A stretch of 63,896 nt of DNA, the filler included. It is 6 parts of 6 records of this genome, joined end to end, with 100 filler letters (N's around TTAATTAATTAA, not from the genome) between each part and the next. Parts side by side here need not be neighbours in the genome. Positions count along the whole stretch, not along the records: positions 1 to 27,735 come from SRR20825010_5182; 5 more parts are not named here. One strand, written 5' to 3'. This document shows, piece after piece, positions 1 through 9,574 of this stretch; the stretch's first letter is position 1; each line of letters opens with the position of its first letter. The translations under genes and the position numbers were made by a program. Below the pieces are notes generated by a model. It was not told the DNA's origin. It searched no databases and worked only from the letters and a program-made list of their open reading frames with translations.

Positions 1-574
1 CTGGGCGTGGTGGATTTCCTGGTCGCCGTTCGTTGGTATGTTTATCGCTCGCGTATCCAAGGGCCGCACGGTTCGTGAATTCGTGACTGCGGTACTGATC
101 GTGCCGACCGTTATTACCGTGGTTTGGATGAGCGCATTTGGCGGTTCCGCTCTGGAGCAGATCCAGGACGGCATTGGTGCTCTGGCTGAGAATGGTCTGA
201 CGGACGTGTCCCTGGCCATGTTCCAGATGTTCGCTAACCTGCCGTTCGTTGCCATCTCATCCTTCGTGGGTATCGTGCTGGTGCTGGTGTTCTTCGTGAC
301 ATCGTCTGATTCCGGTTCGTTGGTCGTGGACAGCATTACCGCGGGCGGTAAAACCGACGCTCCGACTGCGCAGCGTGTGTTCTGGGTAGTAATGGAAGGT
401 GCCATTGCCGCAGCACTGATCTTCGGTGGCGGCGAAGACGCACTGAGCGCGATTCAGGCAGCTGCCATTACGGCAGGGCTTCCGTTTACAGCCGTGTTGC
501 TGGTCATGACCTGGGGGCTGCTGAAAGGCCTCACCCATGAGCGCAAGCTGCTGATTGCCGAAGGTAAGCTCTGA
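1..574 (+). CDS. BCCT family (betaine/carnitine/choline) transporter, C-terminal part; 5' end outside window
   Basis: WAWWISWSPFVGMFIARVSKGRTVREF and FFVTSSDSGSLV motifs; hydrophobic helices; frame open to the window edge. Confidence 0.93.
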   Translation, partial: WAWWISWSPFVGMFIARVSKGRTVREFVTAVLIVPTVITVVWMSAFGGSALEQIQDGIGALAENGLTDVSLAMFQMFANLPFVAISSFVGIVLVLVFFVTSSDSGSLVVDSITAGGKTDAPTAQRVFWVVMEGAIAAALIFGGGEDALSAIQAAAITAGLPFTAVLLVMTWGLLKGLTHERKLLIAEGKL

Positions 575-589
575 GAAGTGTGAGAAAGT

Positions 590-619
590 AAAAAAACCGG
601 GGTTTGCCCCGGTTTTTTT
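590..619. terminator. Bidirectional intrinsic terminator
   Basis: A7-CCGGGG-TTTG-CCCCGG-T7 between convergent genes. Confidence 0.9.
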
Positions 620-637
620 GTGCCTGCTATTTGAAGG

Positions 638-1588
638 TCAGGTTTTGGACGTGAAGGTATCCATAGCGAATGCGGCTCTTTCTTCCGGGGTGAAGTGCGT
701 CCTTCGGAGGGCTTCGATTTGCCTCAGGCGCGGCAACAGACCGCGACCATTGGCCATCTGGATGGCCAGGCCGGGGCGGGCGTTCAGCTCAAGCAGCAAA
801 GGCCCTTCGTTTGCGTCCACGACCAGATCGACACCCATATATCCCAGCCCGGTTGCCTCGTAGCATCGTGATGCCATTACCAGCATTTCCTGCCAGTCAT
901 CAATCACCAGGTTTTCCAGGGCGAGGCCTGTATCGGGATGCAGAGTGATCGGTCGATTGAACTGTACCGCATTCAGGCTGTGGCCATTGGCGATATTGAG
1001 TCCAACACCTACGGCACCCTGGTGTAGATTGGCCTTGCCATCTGAAGCGGTTGTAGCAAGCCGAAGCATTGCCATCACGGGGTAGCCCTGAAAAACGACG
1101 ATGCGGATATCCGGTACACCCTGGAAGGAATACTTGGCGAGCGATGGAATCGATTCCACCAGGTTCTCGACAATGGCGACGTCGGGCGTGCCGGCCAGCG
1201 AGTAGAGCCCGGCAAGAATGTTGGACAGGTGGCGCTCAAGGTGGCTCGAGGATACCCGCGAGCCCGAGGCCTTGACGTAATCGTTATCGTCCCGGCCGGT
1301 AATCACGGTAATCCCTTTACCTCCGGAACCCTTGGCCGGTTTGATGGCAAAGCCGTCCAGGTCCTCTGCCATTTCCCGGAAATGGGAGATTTCGTGTTGC
1401 TGACGCACCACCTGCAGCAGCCTGGGGGTGCGAACATCGTATTCGGCAACCACCAGCTTGGTTTTGAGTTTGTTGTCCACCAAGGGGTATGAAGAACGGC
1501 TATTGTACCGCGCAATGTAGTCCACATTGCGCCGGTTCATGTTCAGCATGCCCAGTTGGTTCAGCTTGAAGGGCGAAATCCAGCCCAT
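638..1588 (-). CDS. Alpha-L-glutamate ligase-like ATP-grasp protein (RimK-related)
   Basis: IKPAKGSGGKGI, GKANLHQGA and LLELNARPGL ATP-grasp motifs; family-typical LGMLNMNRRN N-terminus. Confidence 0.9.
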   Translation of the reverse strand: MGWISPFKLNQLGMLNMNRRNVDYIARYNSRSSYPLVDNKLKTKLVVAEYDVRTPRLLQVVRQQHEISHFREMAEDLDGFAIKPAKGSGGKGITVITGRDDNDYVKASGSRVSSSHLERHLSNILAGLYSLAGTPDVAIVENLVESIPSLAKYSFQGVPDIRIVVFQGYPVMAMLRLATTASDGKANLHQGAVGVGLNIANGHSLNAVQFNRPITLHPDTGLALENLVIDDWQEMLVMASRCYEATGLGYMGVDLVVDANEGPLLLELNARPGLAIQMANGRGLLPRLRQIEALRRTHFTPEERAAFAMDTFTSKT

Positions 1589-3105
1589 CAGTTATACGCC
1601 TTCATCGGATAAAAACGACGGAGCTCTGTGAGCTTGTAGCCCGTGTACTGTCCCATCAGCAGGATCAGCCCCAAAACCACGAAATGAAGTTCCGGGAAAT
1701 TAAACGTCAGGTGGCTCGCCAGGGGCGCGCTCATAATCAGAAATGCGCAGACTGCGACAAACAAACTGCCGGCTCCCTGAACAAACACCTCCCGGGCGCC
1801 TTCCTCTTCCCAGAGTATGGACATGCGCTCTATCGTCCAGGCGATAATCACCATGGGGAAGAAGGTAACCGTCATCCCCGTGTTGAAGCCCATTTGATAA
1901 CCCGCGATGCTCAGCCCGGCCGTGATAAAGATCACGAGAATGATCAGCGCGGATATTCGCGAGACCAGCAGCAGGTTAAGGCTCGACAGGTAGCCACGCA
2001 TGAGCAGGCCAATGGCCACCACGGAAATAAAGGCTATCAGCCCCGGAATCAGTGTCGTCTGCACAAAGGCCACGGCGATCAGTATCGGCATGAACGTGCC
2101 GGACGTTCGTATGCCGACGACAATTCGCATAAAGGCCACCACGAGCGCCCCAAGGGGAAGCAGCAGAAGCATTCTGAACATGCTTTGCTCTTCAATGGGG
2201 AGCTGGTAAAGACTCAGGAAGCCGAGGCCATTCTCGCTGGACTGAGCCTGCGCCAATTGCAGTGCCGGGATGGTTTGCCGAAGCATGGAAAAGCTAACGT
2301 CTGAATTGTCACCGCCGACAATATCCAGCAGGGAAGCCGCAGCCTGTCGCCACAGCAAGACATGTTCCGGAAGCCCCTGTTCCGCTGTGCGGGGGTTGAA
2401 GGTCAGCCATCGGGAACCGTCATAGATCTGCAGGAATGGACGAAGTTGCTGGCGTCGCCTGGCATCTTCCAGGGCCAGGCCGTCTGCCGTTCGAGCGGGA
2501 ATGCCTGCATGATTGAGCATCCGGGTCAGCAGATCAATGTAGTTTGCTTCGGACACGAGCAGGGTGGTGTTCTGGGCGCCCTGGTCCGGTTGGAGCAGTT
2601 TAATCAGTTCCCGGGTCATGCTCTCAGGCGTGCTGGAGCGTTCAGCGGCCTGTTGCAACAACTCTTCCACGGCTGTTGCCTGAGGTTCTTCCCAGAAGAC
2701 CGGTTCAGGTTTGGGCGGTCGTTTGGGCTGGCTGCCCAGGGCTCTGTCATCAGGTATCAGTTGAACCTTGAAGTAGAGCGTCTGGGGGCCGCTAACGTTG
2801 CGCTTTGACCACTCAGCCCGGCGTTCACCGGAGTCATCCACGATGGAAAAACCGTAACCGGGAGATGCAGCCTGCTCCGAAATAATGCGGAATTGGGGTG
2901 GCTGATCGGGGATGTTCAGGCTGGCGAGTACGGGTTCTCCGGTGCCATCGAAGTCCACTCGGGCCTCAACCATCCAGACCGGCTTTTGCTCCCCCGTAAA
3001 CCAGGGAATGCCGAGCTCGACGTGCCGCCAAGTGGCTATCGAAATTCCAGCCGCAATAAGAAGGAGGATGGCGAAAAAAAACGGAATGCGTGAGCGGCTA
3101 CTCAA
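1588..3105 (-). CDS. Inactive transglutaminase fused to 7TM domain
   Basis: N-terminal TM, LEDARRRQ motif, C-terminal 7TM (GIRTSGTFMPILIA, FFPMVIIAWTIER, GQYTGYKLTELRRF); overlaps neighbours. Confidence 0.88.
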   Translation of the reverse strand: MSSRSRIPFFFAILLLIAAGISIATWRHVELGIPWFTGEQKPVWMVEARVDFDGTGEPVLASLNIPDQPPQFRIISEQAASPGYGFSIVDDSGERRAEWSKRNVSGPQTLYFKVQLIPDDRALGSQPKRPPKPEPVFWEEPQATAVEELLQQAAERSSTPESMTRELIKLLQPDQGAQNTTLLVSEANYIDLLTRMLNHAGIPARTADGLALEDARRRQQLRPFLQIYDGSRWLTFNPRTAEQGLPEHVLLWRQAAASLLDIVGGDNSDVSFSMLRQTIPALQLAQAQSSENGLGFLSLYQLPIEEQSMFRMLLLLPLGALVVAFMRIVVGIRTSGTFMPILIAVAFVQTTLIPGLIAFISVVAIGLLMRGYLSSLNLLLVSRISALIILVIFITAGLSIAGYQMGFNTGMTVTFFPMVIIAWTIERMSILWEEEGAREVFVQGAGSLFVAVCAFLIMSAPLASHLTFNFPELHFVVLGLILLMGQYTGYKLTELRRFYPMKAYN

Positions 3106-3899
3106 GGTTGGTCCCCATTTTCTTCGGCTGGCAGTTTGTCGGGCAGTTCGGTGGCGAACTCCTTGCCCACATCAATCAACATGACGTCCCTCAGAATGTT
3201 GCGGCCAACCAGCACCGTGTGTGAGAGGTGCTCTCGGTTGGTCAGTGTAAACTCAGCCTGTTGCCGGTGGTTGCCAATCATGAACTGCAACTCCACCACC
3301 ACACGGCGTTCCGATTCATCGGTGCTGGACTGGATAATCCTGACCCGGCGTGAGATTTCCCGTTCCAGCGTTACCATGTCTTCGGAGTCAGGTACCGGCA
3401 CGTCAAACCTTACCCAGTTATTCCCATCCCGTTCAAACCGCGTGATGTTTCGGGCATCCAATGAAGAGGTTTCGGCCCCGCTGTCAATGCGAGCATCGTA
3501 AATCAGGCCGGGGCCAGCAAGGTAGAATTTCTCCAACTCTCCAACAACAACCTTGCCCTTGAGTCGGTCGGCCCTTCCATCGCTTTTGGAACCAGACTGC
3601 CCCGCTGTGCAGGCCTGCTGTTTGGGGGTGGGAGGGCAGGCGGGTTTTTCGACCTGTTCGGTGATGGCGTCGAGGATGGTTTTCGTGGATTCCTCATTCA
3701 GCCGGGTCAGCGCCTGGAAATTCTCATCTGTCCGGTTCTCAAGGCGAACGACCTGTTCACCCTGATTAATAACGGAGGTATTCAGCGCGTCAAGATCCTG
3801 CTTCGGCACCATAAAGTAACGATCCGCAGTGCAGCCGGTGATGAGTGATACCACAAGGCCGGCCGCGGCCAACTTTCCAAACTCTGAACGTATAGACAA
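3102..3899 (-). CDS. Retropepsin-like ('ATP-dependent zinc protease'/RimB-like) lipoprotein
   Basis: ARIDSGAETSSL, EFTLTNR and LVGRNIL motifs; lipobox LITGC; TTG start at 3899 inferred. Confidence 0.82.
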   Translation of the reverse strand: MSIRSEFGKLAAAGLVVSLITGCTADRYFMVPKQDLDALNTSVINQGEQVVRLENRTDENFQALTRLNEESTKTILDAITEQVEKPACPPTPKQQACTAGQSGSKSDGRADRLKGKVVVGELEKFYLAGPGLIYDARIDSGAETSSLDARNITRFERDGNNWVRFDVPVPDSEDMVTLEREISRRVRIIQSSTDESERRVVVELQFMIGNHRQQAEFTLTNREHLSHTVLVGRNILRDVMLIDVGKEFATELPDKLPAEENGDQP

Positions 3900-4053
3900 G
3901 ATCCGAAACCCCTGAATCCACGACTTTGATACTTTAATTACAGAGTGCTGCAAGGATAATTCGGGTGTGCTAGAACAGCCACTTGTAATCACAGGCCGGC
4001 AGTATACAACAACATAACTGTTGAGTCGGTTTACAGATCATTAACGGCGGGTA

Positions 4054-4440
4054 TTATTTTTTCCCGGATGTCCGGGAAAGGAAGTGGTTTTGAGCAAGAA
4101 CTTCTTCGGAACGAAGGTATTCCTGCACCACAGGGGAGCAGTTCAGGTAAAACAGCAGCAGTTCTCTCTGGACATCCTGATCCTGAATGCGGGAAGCGAA
4201 GTGAATCAGATCGCGGATGGATTCGTCCCCATTGTTCTGAAAGGTTCTGCCGTAGCGCCCCTTCAGGATGCCAGTCAGTCTTTCCAGGTGGAATTCCCCG
4301 GTGTGGGTCATATGGGGAAGAATGCGAAAACCACCGTGGCTGGCTTGAGCGCCAGGCCTGCGGTATTCACGGCCTTCCACGTCCGAACACCCGGAATGGG
4401 AGAATTCAGATCCCAATTTTCTCCATAGCTCTTTGAGCAT
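4054..4440 (-). CDS. Hypothetical protein
   Basis: About 128-aa ORF from ATG 4440 filling the intergenic space, with a purine-rich RBS; no recognised motif. Confidence 0.55.
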   Translation of the reverse strand: MLKELWRKLGSEFSHSGCSDVEGREYRRPGAQASHGGFRILPHMTHTGEFHLERLTGILKGRYGRTFQNNGDESIRDLIHFASRIQDQDVQRELLLFYLNCSPVVQEYLRSEEVLAQNHFLSRTSGKK

Positions 4441-4711
4441 GTTGAATTCCTGTCCCTTATACTGCTCCTGGACCTTGGCACCCGGCAGCAAACCAGCCAT
4501 TCTGTCGGCAAACAGGCCACATTCACCGTTTTAGATGATATTACGTTCCGAGTCCAGAGCCGGATGCCTTGGGTCGGGAAATTTGCCAATTGGTCCACTA
4601 GAACCAGTGAATGGCAAACCTTTGACGTGAGTCCGAACAAAAAGGTTCCACGAATACGGTAAACTGTTGTTCTATCGTAATGTTTGAGTCAGTCATTTAG
4701 AGGAGATCGGG

Positions 4712-6283
4712 GTGCCCGAGGCAATCATCGATATAGTGGGGCGTAGGCCGGAAACCGTCACTTTGCTGATTTTGTTGGTGCTAGCGCTGTGCTGTCTGGT
4801 GTTTTCAATGGTTAAGGGGGGCCGTGCCAGATCCGCACTCCGGGAGCTTGAGTACACGCGGGCGATGGACGAACAGCGCCTCCATCAGCTTGAAGCGGCT
4901 CTCGAAAACGGCAAAACCGAGGCAGAGCAGGCGAGCCGGGACACCGAACATTGGCGACAGCGTGCGGCAACGCTGGAAAATCGGGTGGCCGGGCTGGAAT
5001 CCGAAAGTAAGGCGCGGCTGGATCGCATAGAACAACTCGAAACCGAGAGGAAGTCCCAGCAGCAGCGAGCCGATGAGCTCTCCCGCGAGCTTGGCGACGC
5101 CAGGGTTGCCCAGCGCGAGCAGGAAGTAACGCTGGACAAGGAGCGCCGTGCAACCACGGAGAAACTGGAGTTACTGGAACGAAATCGTGATGCGTTGAAA
5201 CAGGAGTTCGAGAATCTTGCGAATCGTATTTTCGAGCAGAAGAGCGAGCGCTTCAGCCAGCAGACCCGCACCAGCATCGACACCCTGCTGAACCCATTCC
5301 GGGATCAACTCCAGGATTTCCGTAAACGGGTAGAGGATGTCTATACCACCGAAACTCGGGATCGACAGGCATTAAGGAGTGAGATCAAATCCCTGCAGGA
5401 ACTGAACCGCCAGATCACCGAAGAAGCTTCCAACCTCACGAAGGCGCTTAAAGGAGACAAGAAAATCCAGGGCAACTGGGGCGAGCTGATTCTGGAGCGC
5501 GTCCTCGAGCGCTCCGGTTTGCGCAAGGGTATTGAGTATGAAACCCAGGGCAGCTACCGAGATGATGACAACCAGTTGCTGCGCCCCGATGTCATCGTTC
5601 ATTTGCCGGACAGCCGAAACCTGGTGGTGGATTCGAAGGTGTCCCTGCTGGCCTACCAGCAGTGGGCAACGGAAGAGGATGAGACTGCCAGGGAAGAAGC
5701 CCTTCGCCAGCACGTTGAGGCGGTGCGTAATCATATTCGCGCCCTGAGCGAGAAAGATTACAGCCAGCTTCACGGCCTGCACTCTCCGGATTTCGTGTTT
5801 CTTTTCATGCCCATTGAACCGGCCTTTGTGGCTGCATTTCAGCAGGACGAGAACCTATTCGCAGAAGCGTTCGAGCGAAAGATTATTGTGGTTACACCGA
5901 CGACATTGCTTGCGACCTTGCGAACCATTGAAAATATCTGGCGATACGAGCGTCAAAGCCAGAATGCGCGTAGGATTGCCGACCGTGCCAGTGCGGTGTA
6001 CGACAAGCTTCGGGTTTTTGTAGAAGCGATGGAAAAGCTGGGCAGCCAGTTGCACACCGCGCAGGGAACCTATGATTCGGCGATGAATACGCTCACCCGT
6101 GGTCGCGGCAACCTTATCTCGCAAGCCAATCGCTTTGTGGAGTTGGGCGTTCGTGTTAAAAAAGAACTCCCGAAAGCGATTTTGGATCAAGCCGAAGTGG
6201 ACGCCGATGGTGTGGATGACACCAGCGATCCGGTCGGGCCCACGGTGGACGAAGACGCCGCCCGGGATAATCAGCAGGAGTAA
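4712..6283 (+). CDS. rmuC: DNA recombination protein RmuC
   Basis: N-terminal TM plus coiled coil; QGNWGELILERVLE, RPDVIVHLP, VDSKVSL, DFVFLFMPIE motifs; AGGAG RBS. Confidence 0.95.
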   Translation: MPEAIIDIVGRRPETVTLLILLVLALCCLVFSMVKGGRARSALRELEYTRAMDEQRLHQLEAALENGKTEAEQASRDTEHWRQRAATLENRVAGLESESKARLDRIEQLETERKSQQQRADELSRELGDARVAQREQEVTLDKERRATTEKLELLERNRDALKQEFENLANRIFEQKSERFSQQTRTSIDTLLNPFRDQLQDFRKRVEDVYTTETRDRQALRSEIKSLQELNRQITEEASNLTKALKGDKKIQGNWGELILERVLERSGLRKGIEYETQGSYRDDDNQLLRPDVIVHLPDSRNLVVDSKVSLLAYQQWATEEDETAREEALRQHVEAVRNHIRALSEKDYSQLHGLHSPDFVFLFMPIEPAFVAAFQQDENLFAEAFERKIIVVTPTTLLATLRTIENIWRYERQSQNARRIADRASAVYDKLRVFVEAMEKLGSQLHTAQGTYDSAMNTLTRGRGNLISQANRFVELGVRVKKELPKAILDQAEVDADGVDDTSDPVGPTVDEDAARDNQQE

Positions 6284-6288
6284 ACAAG

Positions 6289-7149
6289 ATGGTGAAGATA
6301 ACCCGAGTCGGGCGTCGTTCAGTCAGTGGTTTTATGTTGGCATCCCTACTGATGGCCGGTCAGGTTAGTGCCCTTGAGCCTGAACACGAGACCCGTCGAT
6401 TAATGCTTGCCACTGAAGAGGCCGTTTCCTCAGAGAGCTGGGGTGAAGCGGGTGAGTACCTGAACCGTCTCCAGCAACTGGAGGGGGAGAAACCGGCGAA
6501 CTATTTCTATTTTCGCGGCCGCGTGATGCTGGAATCTGATCACTACAATGAGGCACAAGCAGCGTTGGAAAAGTACGTCAGTCTGGCGGGCAGTGAAGGC
6601 GAGCACTACACCGATGCGCTCAAACTGATAACCAATGTCGAAAAAGCCCGCCAGCAAGAGGGCGCAAGTGCCAAGAACAATGGCTCTATTGATCCGGAGC
6701 CAGTGGCCATTATCGAGCCTGCAAGCGAGCAGTCGCTGGGGAAACTCCGGGAACTCTATCTGGCGGATTCGAACGCCGACGCGCTGGTGATTCATGCCAA
6801 TACGCTCCTGGACGTTGCTGGTTGGCGTGAAGATCAGAGGATCGTAAGGCTGGACCGTCCTGCCGATGTGTCGTACAGGATTGAGAGGCTGAACGACACT
6901 ATCAGTATCCAGGAGTCCCGACGTGAGTCCGGTGGTCGTGTTGTCAAAACGACCGAGTCCATGGGCGTTTTCGGAGTCAATCCTCAGATTGAATGGAATT
7001 GCGAGAGTTCAACCGCCAGTTGCTGGATTTACGACCCACGAGATGGCTCGCGGTTGATGAAACTCAGCCCGGATCGCGAACGGGCCGAGGAAATTGCCCG
7101 CACCCTTGGCCGGCTGATTCGCACCATGCAGAGCCCCAGTCAATCCTGA
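6289..7149 (+). CDS. Exported TPR-like hypothetical protein
   Basis: Signal peptide and TPR-like helices (YFYFRGRVML..YNEAQAALEKY); AGGAG RBS. Confidence 0.7.
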   Translation: MVKITRVGRRSVSGFMLASLLMAGQVSALEPEHETRRLMLATEEAVSSESWGEAGEYLNRLQQLEGEKPANYFYFRGRVMLESDHYNEAQAALEKYVSLAGSEGEHYTDALKLITNVEKARQQEGASAKNNGSIDPEPVAIIEPASEQSLGKLRELYLADSNADALVIHANTLLDVAGWREDQRIVRLDRPADVSYRIERLNDTISIQESRRESGGRVVKTTESMGVFGVNPQIEWNCESSTASCWIYDPRDGSRLMKLSPDRERAEEIARTLGRLIRTMQSPSQS

Positions 7150-8159
7150 AGCTGACCCCGTTCGCCTTCGCGGTAAGCACCGGGAGTGACTCCTGTCCAC
7201 TTCTTGAAGGCGCGGTGAAACGTTGAGGGTTCGGTGAATCCGACCCGAAACGCAATGTCATTGATCGGCAGGTCTGGCCGGGACAGGTAATAGATGGCCA
7301 TGTCCCGGCGTAGTAGGTCCTTGATCTCCTGGAAGGAGGTGTTTTCCTGCTTCAGCCGTCGGCGAAGAGTCTGGGGGCTGGTGTGAAGCTCTGTGGCAAT
7401 CCATTCGAAGTCGGGCAGGGATCTCGCAAAATCCCGGCCAATCAGTGCGCGGATACGTCCGGTGAAGGTGTTGCTCTCGTCCGGGCGCGACAGCAGGTCG
7501 GCCGGTGAGGTTTTCAGGAACTGCCGCATTTCCGGCTTGTCGCGTATCACCGGAGCCTGCAGAAAACGCTTGTCGAACGTCAGGGCGGTTTCACTGGCTT
7601 CGAACGACAGTGGGCAATGGAAGATATGCCGGTATTCGTCGCCATGGGGCGGCCTGGGGTAACTGAATTCCGCCTTAAGCAGCTCCACCGGTTGCCCGAT
7701 CAACCAACTGCCAAGACGATGCCAGATGACCAGTATGCTTTCCCGGAAAAAATGCATCGGGTCGTGGATATCCCCTTCGATCACCGTTACCAGCCGGGTA
7801 GTCCTGTCGTCCACTTCCAGTTTCATGGTGACCATGGGCTCGAACAGGCGGCAGAATTCAAACGCCTGGCGATAGACCGCCTCGAGATTGGGACAGTCGA
7901 TAACCAGCGCGCACATGGTGGCGAACGTGCCGGTGCGGCAGCGTCTCGGGCCCAGGCCCATAAACTCATCGTTCATTGCGTTCCAGGTAGCCTGCATCAG
8001 CCGGCTGTACTGGGTGCTGCTCACCCGGGCCATTTCGATCTTCAGCAGGTCCGGTGAAATTCCGGCCTCGCGCAGCATTGTATGGGTATCAATCCCCGCT
8101 CTTTCGGCCCCAACCAATGCGGCTTCCACGAAGTGCCTGGAAACGGTGAGTTCCGACAT
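7140..8159 (-). CDS. AraC family transcriptional regulator (OruR/ArgR-like N-terminal domain)
   Basis: C-terminal IAFRVGFTEPSTFHRAFKKWTGVTPGAYR; ATG 8159 after AAGGA. Confidence 0.93.
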   Translation of the reverse strand: MSELTVSRHFVEAALVGAERAGIDTHTMLREAGISPDLLKIEMARVSSTQYSRLMQATWNAMNDEFMGLGPRRCRTGTFATMCALVIDCPNLEAVYRQAFEFCRLFEPMVTMKLEVDDRTTRLVTVIEGDIHDPMHFFRESILVIWHRLGSWLIGQPVELLKAEFSYPRPPHGDEYRHIFHCPLSFEASETALTFDKRFLQAPVIRDKPEMRQFLKTSPADLLSRPDESNTFTGRIRALIGRDFARSLPDFEWIATELHTSPQTLRRRLKQENTSFQEIKDLLRRDMAIYYLSRPDLPINDIAFRVGFTEPSTFHRAFKKWTGVTPGAYREGERGQLQD

Positions 8160-8336
8160 ATCATCCTTTATCCTTATTGAACGAAGCCCATCATAAAACC
8201 CCTTGGGTACAATGCAACCATCACTCTCGCGCCGCACTGGAAGAAATGGTCAATTGGAATGATGGAACCGGCAGTTGGCCCCGCGGGGAAAACAGGGCAG
8301 CATCAGGGTTGTCCAAAAATAGAGAAGGAGGTTTGC

Positions 8337-9455
8337 ATGCCCGGCCCACTGAGCAACCTGAAGGTTCTGGATTTCAGTACATTGCTGCCAGGCCCCTACG
8401 CTACCATGCTGCTGGCGGATATGGGCGCGGATGTATTGCGGGTGGAGGCCCCTGGCCGCCTGGACCTGACCCGAGTGATGCCGCCGCTGGAAGATGGCGT
8501 CAGTACGTCCCACACCTTCCTCAATCGGGGTAAGCGCTCCCTTGGGCTGGATTTGAAGCAAGAGGGCAGTGCGGACCTGGTCAAGCAGCTGGTGACAGAG
8601 TACGACGTGGTGATTGAACAGTTTCGACCCGGCGTTATGGACCGGCTTGGGATTGGTTATGAAACCCTCAAGGCCATCAACCCCAATCTTATTTACTGCG
8701 CGATTACCGGTTACGGTCAGACTGGCCCCTACAAGGATCGGGCAGGGCATGATATCAACTACCTTTCACTGGCCGGAGTTTCCAGCCATTGTGGTCGCCG
8801 GGAAACCGGGCCACCACCGATGGGTATCCAGGTTGCCGATGTGGCAGGCGGCTCACACCATGCCGTTATGGGGATACTGGCGGCTGTGATTCACCGCCAG
8901 CAAACAGGAGAGGGGCAGTTTATCGATATCAGCATGACCGACGCCGCCTTTGCCCTCAATACGATGGCCGGTGCTGCAGCCTTGGCGGGAGGGCAGGAAC
9001 AGAAGCCGGAAAGCTCCATGCTCAACGGCGGCACCTTCTACGACTACTACCAGACCAGCGACGGCCGATGGTTGTCTGTGGGTAGCCTGGAGCCCCAGTT
9101 TTCCGACCGGCTTTGTGATGCCCTGGGTATCCCCGACATGAAGAGCTTTGCCTTGAGCCAGAACCCTGAGCACCAGCAGGCCATCCGGGAGGCGTTGAAG
9201 TCCAACATTGCACAAAAAACGTTGGCACAATGGCAGGACGTATTTGCGAACGTTGATGCGTGCGTGGAGCCGGTGCTGACCATTACCGAGGCAGCCGAAC
9301 ATCCTCAGCTGAAAGCGCGCGGCATGGTTATTGATGTGGCAAAAGGTAACGGGGGGGGCCAAAAGCAGATTGGCCACCCGATAAAATTCAGTGCAACGCC
9401 CTGTGAGAGCCGTTATATCGGCCGGACACTGGGGGCCGACAACGGCGATTTCTGA
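8337..9455 (+). CDS. CaiB/BaiF family III CoA-transferase (alpha-methylacyl-CoA racemase-like)
   Basis: LLPGPYATMLLADMGADV, LNRGKRS, EQFRPGVMDRLGIGY, AGHDINY motifs; AAGGAGG RBS. Confidence 0.93.
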   Translation: MPGPLSNLKVLDFSTLLPGPYATMLLADMGADVLRVEAPGRLDLTRVMPPLEDGVSTSHTFLNRGKRSLGLDLKQEGSADLVKQLVTEYDVVIEQFRPGVMDRLGIGYETLKAINPNLIYCAITGYGQTGPYKDRAGHDINYLSLAGVSSHCGRRETGPPPMGIQVADVAGGSHHAVMGILAAVIHRQQTGEGQFIDISMTDAAFALNTMAGAAALAGGQEQKPESSMLNGGTFYDYYQTSDGRWLSVGSLEPQFSDRLCDALGIPDMKSFALSQNPEHQQAIREALKSNIAQKTLAQWQDVFANVDACVEPVLTITEAAEHPQLKARGMVIDVAKGNGGGQKQIGHPIKFSATPCESRYIGRTLGADNGDF

Positions 9456-9574
9456 GGCGCCCAGACAAAAACTGAATCGTTCGTCAGTCCTTAGCTAAAT
9501 AACGGGTTGTCTGCTAATTTGTGATAGTGAGTCATCTTTGGCTTACCCATAACAATCACAATGGACGAATCACT

